Of a stretch of DNA of 12,155 nt, positions 1 through 7,920 are shown one piece after another; the stretch's first letter is position 1, and each line of letters begins with the position of its first letter. This stretch comes from Parachlamydiales bacterium (lineage in GTDB: Bacteria; Chlamydiota; Chlamydiia; Chlamydiales; JAJFMK01). The notes beneath the pieces were generated by a model that was not told where the DNA came from, ran no database searches, and was given only the letters and a program-made list of their open reading frames with translations. The stretch covers positions 1 to 12,155 of the forward strand of contig CAVXVG010000035.1 in the NCBI GenBank assembly GCA_963765145.1, given 5' to 3'. The translations under genes and the position numbers were made by a program.

Positions 1-442
1 CCGGGTCGCCTTTTTGATGCGCCTGTCTATGAAAACTTTTTTGCACTCAAGTCAATTTCCAACCCCTTGTGGCTACAGTGCCCAATCACCTCCATCTGGA
101 TCAATACCAAAACCATGTCCAGACCAGGCACAACCACACCCGAAGCTTACAAAGCAAAATCACATCGATGGAATGCCCTTTACCCTCCTCATGAATCAGG
201 TCTATGAAAGCCCCGAAGGCTACCGCTATTACCTCTCAAATATTTCGGGAGAACCCGGTGATGTCAAAGAGGTCCAACTGGCCGTCAACTACGACCCTGC
301 CAAGTACATCCTCACCTACCCCGGTGGTCTCCTGGTCGTCCTCGGATCTATTCTGCTGCTTCTACCAAGGAAAACCTGTTTTGAATCAACCATGACATGT
401 TTGATTTTTCTTTGTCCTTCTGGGCTGTCGCTGAAGGCATAG
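1..442 (+). CDS. 3' part of a ResB/CcsB-like cytochrome c biogenesis membrane protein (5'-truncated by the window edge, frameshifted in the first ~165 nt; true stop uncertain)
   Basis: C-terminal peptide FTLLMNQVYESPEGYRYYLSNISGEPGDVKEVQLAVNYDPAKYILTYPGGLLVVLGSILLLL fits the ResB-type pattern 'MN.....GY..Y......V..DP....l.Y.G' followed by a terminal TM helix. A ccsA gene lies downstream on the same strand. The upstream part needs frame changes (PGTTTPEAYKAK lies in another frame). Confidence 0.6.
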   Translation, partial: RVAFLMRLSMKTFLHSSQFPTPCGYSAQSPPSGSIPKPCPDQAQPHPKLTKQNHIDGMPFTLLMNQVYESPEGYRYYLSNISGEPGDVKEVQLAVNYDPAKYILTYPGGLLVVLGSILLLLPRKTCFESTMTCLIFLCPSGLSLKA

Positions 443-1428
443 GTAATGTGCACAAAACCATCCGAGGCTAGATAACCAGAGGGGAATTCGCCCGAATTTG
501 CGCTGCAGGACGAAAGGTTCAGACCAACTGTTACCACCATCTCCGGAGATAGCCAGATTGAGGGGAAGACGATCTGTGTGGGAGTGGTTGTAGATAAGAA
601 GAAGTTTGTTTTCTCCTAACTCAACCAAATCGAATCCCGAATCGGGGTTGGGTAAGATGTCGTCGAACTCGTCCGATTTGACCTCCATCTTTTGAGGTGG
701 AAGACCAGATAAAACCGACATTTCCGATTCGATGGGCCCGATCGCGGCAAAACATTTTCAAATGCCCTTCATGATCGTGGAATAGAGCAGGTTCAATGGC
801 GCCAAAAGGTTGTCCGGGCAATGAGAATGGCCCTACCCTCTCTGCTCTTTCTCCTTCAAAAATTCTATCCAACAGGCGGTTTCTTTCTCACTATCTTCAG
901 GATGACCAACCTCAACTGATGAAGGGATTAAAAGAGTTTCTCCGATGAAAAGAGGCCTGTTTTTAGTGGGTCCTACGAAACCTGCAGGCAACCTTTCTTC
1001 TGCTGACCAATGGTAGCCATCTACCGATTTCTTCATAAAAGAAACCGTGTGACGCGGATCGGGGCCAACGCGATAAAAGAGAAGTAATTCCCCTGCTTTA
1101 TTTTTGCAAAGCACAGGATTCCACGAGACACTGTTAGACGTCACAATCTCTCAGGAATCGACCAAGTCTTTCCATCAAAAAGAGAACCCCAAACAGCTAC
1201 ATTCTCTTCAATCTCGCCGTTGCTTTTGCCAATACCAGCACCTCCAGTCCAAACGGCAAAAAAGTGCCCAGGAGCTGTCTCCACAATGCTGGAACTATGG
1301 CAATCAAACTCAGTAACTGCAGGCGAAAGAAACTCTTCTTTTACAAACCAAGTGCCCTCAACACTTCCTAGAAGCAAACAAATAAATTTAAAAAGTAGCA
1401 TGAATTGATATTGCATAAGCCCTATCAT
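316..1428 (-). CDS. BNR/Asp-box repeat exo-alpha-sialidase-like (BNR_2, neuraminidase-like beta-propeller) protein with a signal peptide, split into 5 ORF pieces by at least 4 frameshifts (sequence error or pseudogene)
   Basis: ORFs 1141-1428, 833-1144, 621-872, 386-721 and 316-540 join into one protein: hydrophobic N-terminus, CHSSSIVE, WNPVL, LLLFYRVGP, GFVGPTKNRP, AIEPAL, LPNPDSGFD, LLIYNH, RLPLNLAIS, GFVHITY, IKHV. Asp-box-like motifs: FDGKTW, SVDGYHW, SKDGG, SGDGGNSW. Confidence 0.85.
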
Positions 1429-1545
1429 AGATAGAGTTAATAAGAATGAGAAGATATTTCAAAACCATAAGAATGAAGTTGAATTAAAAAATAATACTGT
1501 AATTAAATGAAATTTTTGGTATTATATTTTTTTTAAATACGGCAA
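1429..1545. promoter_or_regulatory. AT-rich divergent promoter region; candidate extended -10 (TGGTATTAT, 1517-1525) for the + strand gene
   Basis: Very AT-rich intergenic stretch between two divergent genes. TGnTATTAT lies 20 nt upstream of ATG 1546, with only a weak -35 (CTGTAA, 1497-1502) at 17 bp spacing. Confidence 0.4.
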
Positions 1546-3645
1546 ATGCTACTTAACAATCTGATTAGTTTTAACATTCGGCCAGATCATTGGATAAAAG
1601 AAATCCACATCGAGCTAGCCTCACTTGACCGAGTTGCTCAAATCGCCCTCCCCTTTCTATTTTTTTATAGACCTACCGCCGTCGCCGCAACTGTCGGACT
1701 TGCTACTGTCCAAAGTTATTCTATTTTAACTCGTATAGGCAACTTCGCTAGAGAAGAAAAATGGGAAGAGCTATTGCTACAAATGGGGCAGCTCACTCTA
1801 TTGACCGCATCAGTTGCAACCTCTATTTTCATCCCTTCTTTGTATTCCATTATCGGAAGCAGTATCCAAGGAGGAAAGAATTCTATGAAACAATCGATGC
1901 TTTGCTGCACCAGGAATGGAAAAAGGGCGGTCTTTCGGCTTTAAGACTTCTTCGGACGACATTCTATATTTTATCTTTTGCATCGGTTGAATCAGACAGA
2001 CTAGCTCTAAGTCTCCTTCCCAATCCTTTACAGAGCTTTTTTTGGCTAAAGAGGAATTTAGTAAGGGTAGATACCTCGAGACATTCTCGAACTTAATTTT
2101 AGCCCTATTAAGAATGAAGGCCTCCTTTCCTCACGTTCAAACGTGTAGAAGAAATTGGTTCGGCAAAAAATTAACTCAAGAAGATTTTGATGGGCTTATA
2201 ACAGAAATTATCTCAAAAAGAAAAAACGATCAGGATGAAATCGTTGGAATTTCTCTTAATCAAACAAAAGGCATCGATGACCCTATAGACCTTGAGAACG
2301 ATCTTGCAGAAAAAGGCTATTCTAGTTTTATTACAAAGATAGATTTAATTAATATATTCAAAAAACTAGCATACGGTTTTGACGAAGAAAAATCCCCTCT
2401 GGAACTGAAAAGGATGAAATTTTCATCCTGTCACATTGATACAAGCTATCATAAGACAAAGTTTGAAGGGTGTTGTTTTGTTAATTGCGATTTTAAATAT
2501 GTAAATTTTAATAAAACCTCTTTCGTAAATTCTCAATTTATTTGCTCAAACTTATCGGGGGTTAGTTTTTACGCCAACTCATTCAGCAGAGTTTTATTCC
2601 TCGGTAATGCAATGAATGGGACCTCATTCAACGATTCAACGATGGACACAGTCGGGATCATAGGATCCTCTCTCTCAGAAACAAACTTCCTAGGGGTAAA
2701 AGCGACAGACTCTTTTCTTGCCTTCAATGATTTGACCGATTGTCTTCTTGCAAATGCTAACCACGCTTTTCGCCTGATTGGGAATACCCCTCATCAAATC
2801 ACAAGACCAGTTGTCGGGATCGCCTGGCATTTTAGGAACAGGGGATCTTACGCAGCTATCCAGGCTGAGAGGATTAAAAGAGACTACTCTGGGATCGTAA
2901 TGAAATTTGAATATGCCCCGCAACAGATCGATCCAGTAAAACTAAACAAGGAAGTGGAAGAATCACTTTCCAACAGGGGTCTGATGCTTCCTAAAGGAAC
3001 TTTGAGCTATCCCGATGCCCTCCTTAAGGAAGCTACCTCCCATTCTGAAATAGGAAAAATAAAAATCATTATAACTGAAATGATGCCTCACATGGATGCT
3101 GTTGTCATTCCTGGAGGAGAAGATATTGAACCTGAGTTGTATGGGGAATGAGGTCGAAAGACACTTCGACTTTTCCCGATTACCGTCGAAGCCTTGTTGA
3201 GCTAGCTGCCTTCCAGCAAGTTCAGGAAAAAGAATTGCCTCTACTTGCAATCTGTAGAGGAGCTCAATTGGGAAATACTTTTTTCGGCGGCAAACTCACT
3301 CAACACGTTGACAATCAGTATGCAGAGCAATTTTTAGAAACTGCTGACCAAGAGCTTGTAGAACGTTTAAACGTTGAGGAATGAAGCTTTGTCCGCGCAT
3401 CATCAAGCATGCGACAAGATAGGAACTGGGCTTAAGGTTTTTCTCAAACATGGAACAGTTCCAAAAGCTATGTTGAACTCTAATGGAAATATGCTAATGG
3501 CTCAATTCCACCCAGAACTCTATCCTAAAAAAGAGCATTCTCTTCTTTAATGAGCGGATCTGAAGAAAATAAAAATAAAAATTTCTTCGATTATTTCATG
3601 ACACTCGCTTCTCTAAATTACGGCAACCGAATTAATTCTTTCTAA
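1546..3645 (+). CDS. ~700 aa fusion: N-terminal hydrophobic/membrane region + pentapeptide repeats + C-terminal peptidase C26 (class I glutamine amidotransferase-like, gamma-glutamyl-gamma-aminobutyrate hydrolase/PuuD family); about 5 frameshifts
   Basis: ORFs 1546-1944, 1761-2096, 2042-3151 and 3148-3384 plus untracked segments to TAA 3643-3645. Pentapeptide periodicity at ~2410-2750 (TKFEG CCFVN CDFKY VNFNK TSFVN SQFIC SNLSG VSFYA NSFSR). C26 motifs: RPVVGI, DAVVIPGGEDIEPELYG, DYRRSLVE, PLLAICRGAQ (Cys at 3253), FFGGKLTQHV, SAHHQA (3398-3406), AQFHPE (His-Pro-Glu 3509-3517), then NFFDYF. Confidence 0.8.
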
Positions 3646-3662
3646 TTGCCATGATAAAATAA

Positions 3663-3685
3663 GTGCCTGAAGGCGTCAGGTGCAC
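3663..3685. terminator. Small hairpin, possible terminator just downstream of the C26 fusion gene
   Basis: GTGCCTGA-aggcg-TCAGGTGC(AC) stem. On the minus strand it is followed by TTATTTT; there is no U-tract on the plus strand. Confidence 0.3.
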
Positions 3686-3840
3686 AGTCCACGATCAGTG
3701 TTCCGGATAGGTGAATAATCCTGCAGCCCTCCAGCCAACCAACTAATAGAATGGATAATACGAATAAAAATCGCATAGATTCAGCATAAATGAGCCAGTG
3801 GGCAAGAATGTTTCACACCATAAACTGCTTAACGAAACAA

Positions 3841-3972
3841 AAGAAACAGGATGGAAAGGATCGCCTCTCGGCGGCAGGATAAAAAGGGTGCTTCGCATGA
3901 GCAACTTGTTGTTTAAGCGAAGCACCCTTTTTATCCTGCCGCCCAGAGGCGATCCTTTCCATCCTGTTTCTT
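3841..3972. repeat. Long near-perfect inverted repeat (56-bp arms, one mismatch, 20-nt spacer that can pair further); imperfect extension to about 3824-3989
   Basis: 3841-3896 (AAGAAACAGGATGGAAAGGATCGCCTCTCGGCGGCAGGATAAAAAGGGTGCTTCGC) is the reverse complement of 3917-3972 except for C3869/C3944. It is followed by a T-rich tract at 3971-3981. Confidence 0.95.
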
Positions 3973-4045
3973 CTTTTTTTTAAGCCAGTCTTCTTTGGAA
4001 AAAATGTTGAAGCAAAAATGGAGGGAGGGCGAGTATCTTGCTGCT

Positions 4046-5229
4046 ATGCACCTGATTCTTGCCCTCTTTTTTGCACTTTGTCTCCCCTCGCTTGAAGATG
4101 GAAGGGTCAGTCCGAAAGAAAATGCTAAATGCTTACCTGCACAGTTTCAGCCTGAGAGATGGTATGGATTAGAATTTTTGGAAAATGAGGAAAATTTCAC
4201 CCTGTTTAGTGATGCCGCTTATCAGCAGTTGAGGGTGGCCTACTTAAGTGAAAATGAAGTGGCTATCGAACAGGCTTACTGGGTGGCCTATGCAGAAATT
4301 GCAGGAAAAAGGTTGCATCTTTCTTCACACTCCATCTTGCAGCTACCCCAAGCTTGGGAATTAAAATTAGAAAGGTTTTATTTAGATTTTCCTTGGGCTT
4401 TGACATTGTCCGCAGGCTTTCTGATTGCCCTTTTTTTCCCCCCGCTTTTTTTTGATCCCCTACCTTTTGTTACTTGCCGATTTAGCTATTCGGATGATTC
4501 TTTTAAAAAGGGCGCCTGTGACTAACATGGCAGAAACCTATCTTTGGGTTTCTTTTGTTGCCACTACCCTCTCTTGGTTTTTTAAAGGTACAAAGGTCCG
4601 TCGAGGTGCAGCTTTTTCTTGGGGCCGTTTTATTCGGGGGTCTCTACTTTTTTGAAGAGAATGTCGCCCTGGCTCTTCCGCCACCCGTCTTGAATTCAAA
4701 TTTTTGGTTAACCATCCATGTTCTCATGGTTGTCGGCAGTTATGCCCTCTTTTTTTTAGGCGGCCTTTTGTCACATGTCTATGTGATAAAGCCAAAAGAA
4801 GAAATTTTCAGACCGATCGCCCCCCTCCTGTACGCTGGGGTGATTGCTTTGATTGCTGGTACACTTCTTGGAGGGGTTTGGGCCCATGTCAGCTGGGGGC
4901 GGTTTTGGGATTGGGATCCCAAAGAGGCTTGGGCTTTTATTTCTGCCCTTTATTATTTAGTACTCGTTCACCTTTATAGGTTTAAGAAGATCGGTCCCTT
5001 TGGACTTTCGATAGGCGCAATTGCGGGCTTGATTGTGATCACCTTTACCTGGTATGGAGTGAACTATCTTCTGGGGGTTGGCCTCCATAGTTACGGATTT
5101 GGCAAAGGCAAGTGGGTCCCCTATCTTCTCTTCGTCCTATTTGAAGTACTATTTTTAGCCTTTTCAGGAGCTCTTTCCTTGACAAGAAAGCAACAAAGAG
5201 AGAAAAATCGTCGCGAAATTTGCGGATGA
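4046..5229 (+). CDS. ccsA: Cytochrome c biogenesis protein CcsA/ResC (System II heme channel/synthase); 2 frameshifts (~4430-4450 in homopolymer runs, and ~4620)
   Basis: ORFs 3995-4525, 4425-4655 and 4555-5229 join. Motifs: RAPVTNMAET, PVLNSNFWLTIHV, the WWD domain GTLLGGVWAHVSWGRFWDWDPKEAWAFI, and GVNYLLGVGLHSYG. ATG 4046 is chosen because it starts a signal-like hydrophobic stretch. Confidence 0.92.
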
Positions 5230-5233
5230 CTGG

Positions 5234-5725
5234 ATGAAACATGTAAAGAGCGAGCGGCTCAAAAAGTTAGAGAGTGAGTTGGGTGACTTAGAGCAATGGC
5301 TCAAATTAGGCCTTGTTCCAAAAAAAGATATCACCAAACACAAAGAAGAGATCGGCCAGATCAAAATAAAAATTGAAGAGGAAAAAGAACGTCTTCAATT
5401 CTTGCGTGAAAGTGGCGATGTCGAAGAGTACACCACCCCTAAAAAAGCACAAAACCGCTCATTCACTGACATGCCCTCGATTCCCGATATTGATATGGGC
5501 GATTCTATCAACGGCTCTGAAAGTCAATTCGATTCAGAAAGTTCGGTAGGGTTTGAATCCTCAAGCAGCGAACGAGATGAAGACTCAGACGGTGGAACAG
5601 CCGGAGGCGATGAGGAAGAAGGGGAAGACGAGGATGAAGAGGACGAAGATGAAGAGTCCTATTTCTCCGACCGGAACCGTTGGCGCCGCGGCGGCATCAT
5701 CGATCCCGACGCCGATGAGTGGTAA
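5234..5725 (+). CDS. Conserved chlamydial hypothetical protein (resembles C. trachomatis CT053): N-terminal coiled coil plus acidic tail
   Basis: N-terminal KSERLKKLESELGDLEQWLKLGLVPKK...EEKERLQFL and C-terminal FSDRNRWRRGGIIDPDADEW match my recollection of a Chlamydia-specific protein encoded next to hemN/hemW. The D/E-rich tract is at ~5570-5660. The locus-tag assignment is from memory. Confidence 0.8.
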   Translation: MKHVKSERLKKLESELGDLEQWLKLGLVPKKDITKHKEEIGQIKIKIEEEKERLQFLRESGDVEEYTTPKKAQNRSFTDMPSIPDIDMGDSINGSESQFDSESSVGFESSSSERDEDSDGGTAGGDEEEGEDEDEEDEDEESYFSDRNRWRRGGIIDPDADEW

Positions 5726-6818
5726 AGAGCTCGACAAAAGCCACCAACTCTACATCCACTACCCTTTTTGTAAAAAAAAATGTCCTTATTGCCATTTTTT
5801 TGTCCTTCCAGAAAATGAGGATGCTGAAAAAAAATGGTTTGATGGCATCCAAAAGGAGCTCAAACTTTACTCCATTGTTGATCCTCTAACAGTTTATTTT
5901 GGCGGTGGCACCCCTTCTTTAATGCCACCCTCCTTTGTGGAAGAGATCCTTTCCTCAAATCCACAAGAAGTCACCCTAGAAATCAATCCAGAAAATATTT
6001 CAAAAGAAAAACTAAAAGCGTTTAAAAAAGCTGGCATTAATCGGTGCAGTGTTGGTGTACAAAGCCTGCAGAAAGAAGAACTTATTTTACTTGGCAGAGA
6101 ACATGTTCCTGATAAAGTAGCCAACATACTGCATCTACTTGCAGATATCGGCTTTGAAAATGTCTCGGTCGACTTGATGTATGATGTGCCAGGGCAAACT
6201 TTTGCAAGCCTAAAAGCAAGCTTAAATGAGCTTTTAAAACTCCCTTTCACTCATCTTTCTCTATATAATTTGACGATTGAACCCCATACCAGCTTTTTCA
6301 AAAGAAGAGAGGCCCTTGAAAAAATAAGACCTTCTGCCAAAGTGAGTAAAGAGCAGTTTTTATATGTGCGAGAACGGTTATTGGAAGCCGGTTTTGAACA
6401 CTATGAAATTTCGGCTTTTGCAAAAAAAGGGTTTAGAGCTGTTCACAACTCAGGTTATTGGCTGGGTCGTGAATTTTATGGAATCGGCCCTTCTAGCTTT
6501 AGTTTTTTAGAAGGGGTCAGAAGACAAAATTTTTCTCACCTAGAAAAATGGTTGAAAGCTTTGGACAAAGGGGAAAAACCGATTGATTTAATCGATCGAT
6601 TGGAGCCCGAAGCCCGACTGCGGGAACTTTTAGCCGTCCATTTAAGATGGCTCGACGGGGTTGACCTTGAAATGTTTCAACAAAAATGGGGAACCATACC
6701 CGCAAGTACACTGAAAGTATTAGAAAAAATGGAACATTTAGGACTCATTGAAAAAGGACCCAAGCTCACTTTAAAAGGGGTGCTTCTTTTTGACGAAATC
6801 GCTATAGAAATGATCTAA
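5715..6818 (+). CDS. hemW: Radical SAM heme chaperone HemW (HemN-like)
   Basis: LYIHYPFCKKKCPYCHF (CxxxCxxC followed by HF, without the fourth Cys of true HemN), TVYFGGGTPS, EINP, SVGVQS, DLMYDVPGQT, HLSLYNLTIEP, YEISAF, HNSGYW. ATG 5715 overlaps the upstream stop codon. Confidence 0.92.
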   Translation: MSGKELDKSHQLYIHYPFCKKKCPYCHFFVLPENEDAEKKWFDGIQKELKLYSIVDPLTVYFGGGTPSLMPPSFVEEILSSNPQEVTLEINPENISKEKLKAFKKAGINRCSVGVQSLQKEELILLGREHVPDKVANILHLLADIGFENVSVDLMYDVPGQTFASLKASLNELLKLPFTHLSLYNLTIEPHTSFFKRREALEKIRPSAKVSKEQFLYVRERLLEAGFEHYEISAFAKKGFRAVHNSGYWLGREFYGIGPSSFSFLEGVRRQNFSHLEKWLKALDKGEKPIDLIDRLEPEARLRELLAVHLRWLDGVDLEMFQQKWGTIPASTLKVLEKMEHLGLIEKGPKLTLKGVLLFDEIAIEMI

Positions 6819-6820
6819 AT

Positions 6821-7901
6821 ATGTTAGATCAAATTATCGAATTTGCTTCGATCTCAAGTCACTCTCTGGATGTAATTGGTTTAGACCAGGCAGCAACTTA
6901 CCTGCAAAAATTGTTTTCTCCTCTTGCAGATCTCTTTGAAACAACCCCTTTACAGCCTTACAAAAATCTCAATGCTTTGGGTGAGTGGGAATCTTTTACA
7001 CTGGGAAAATTTTTACGTTTTACAAAAGTACGTCCAGAAGCACCCATCAAGCTTCTTTTTGTTGGGCACTATGACACCGTCTATCGAGAGCTATTCCCGA
7101 TAAAAAAAGAGGGCGACTTTCTTTTTGGACCAGGCGTTGCCGATATGAAAGGGGGTATTATTTTGCTTTTTCACCTTCTTTCGTGGTTGGAAAACTCCCC
7201 TAGCAAAGAACGTTTCAGTTGGGAAGTCTGTTTCAATCCTGATGAAGAAATCGGTTCTCCCTCTTCCCATACTTTGTTGCAACAGGCAGCTGAAAACAAA
7301 ACACTCGGAATGGTTTTTGAGCCTTCCCTACCAACAGGTGCTATTGTAAACAAAAGACCGGGCTCAAAGACTCTCATCGTCGAAGCCTTTGGAAAAGGGG
7401 GGCATGCCGGTAGAGATGCTCGCACGGGGAAAAATGCCCTTCTAGCTCTAGCTGAGGTGTCTCTTTTTTTTTGCCGACCAACAAGATCTAGAAAAAGGGG
7501 TCATTGTCAATCCGGGCTGGATGAAAAGTGGCCAATCCTCAAATATCATTCCCGATTATGGGGTTTTGGTTGTTAATATTCGGGGTGAAATAGCCCCTTT
7601 TGAAGATTCTTTAAAACAGATCAGCTCTAAACGTCAGGTCGAAATCAAAGTAACCGATCAAGGCTATAGACCTCCACGTGATTGCTTGCCGAAAACTTGG
7701 GAATACATCGAACTATTAGGAGCTCCTTCAGAACCCTCTTTTGGAGTATCCGACTCGAATTATTTAGAGGCTGTAGGATTGCCAACACTCGATGGATTGG
7801 GCCCAACCGGCATTCAACTCCATTCGCAAAATGAACATCTAGTGATCTCTTCATTAGAAAAACGTCTCGACCAAATTAAACAACTAATAGAAAAATTGTA
7901 G
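6821..7901 (+). CDS. M20 family metallo-hydrolase (carboxypeptidase G2/ArgE/DapE-like), candidate succinylglutamate desuccinylase; one frameshift at the T9 run 7464-7472
   Basis: GHYDTV, GPGVADMKGG, NPDEEIGS, FEP, GHAGR, NIIPD, GVSDSN, LDGLGP, LHSQNE. Removing one T gives ...SLFFADQQDLEKGVIVNPGWMKSG and joins ORFs 6821-7576 and 7521-7901. Confidence 0.9.
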
Positions 7902-7920
7902 ATAGCGTATATCTCGGCCT

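Noticed and set aside
3743..3983. Two antiparallel ~60 aa ORFs sharing the peptide STLFILPPRGDPFHPVS (possible toxin-antitoxin or duplicated peptide)
   Set aside because: The shared peptide is a direct consequence of the DNA palindrome, and neither ORF has a clear RBS, TM helix or known motif.
3650..3990. Retron msr-msd, CRISPR array, omega/HEARO RNA or a known riboswitch
   Set aside because: No reverse transcriptase, Cas, TnpB or IscB gene is in the window, there are no spaced direct repeats, and I recognised no riboswitch core consensus.
369..4013. Loose similarity GGAAAACCTGTTTTGAA (369-385) versus GGAAAAAATGTTGAA (3997-4011) as att-like ends of the accessory block
   Set aside because: The match is short, gapped and low in complexity, so it is expected by chance in AT-rich DNA.
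5553..5714. 54-aa N-terminal extension of HemW in the ORF track
   Set aside because: It is an alternative frame of the upstream gene's acidic tail. The HemW family begins just before LYIHxPFC, and ATG 5715 is coupled to the upstream stop.
5715..6818. Oxygen-independent coproporphyrinogen III oxidase HemN
   Set aside because: It lacks the fourth Cys after CxxxCxxC and the N-terminal extension of true HemN, and it has the HemW-type HNxxYW motif.
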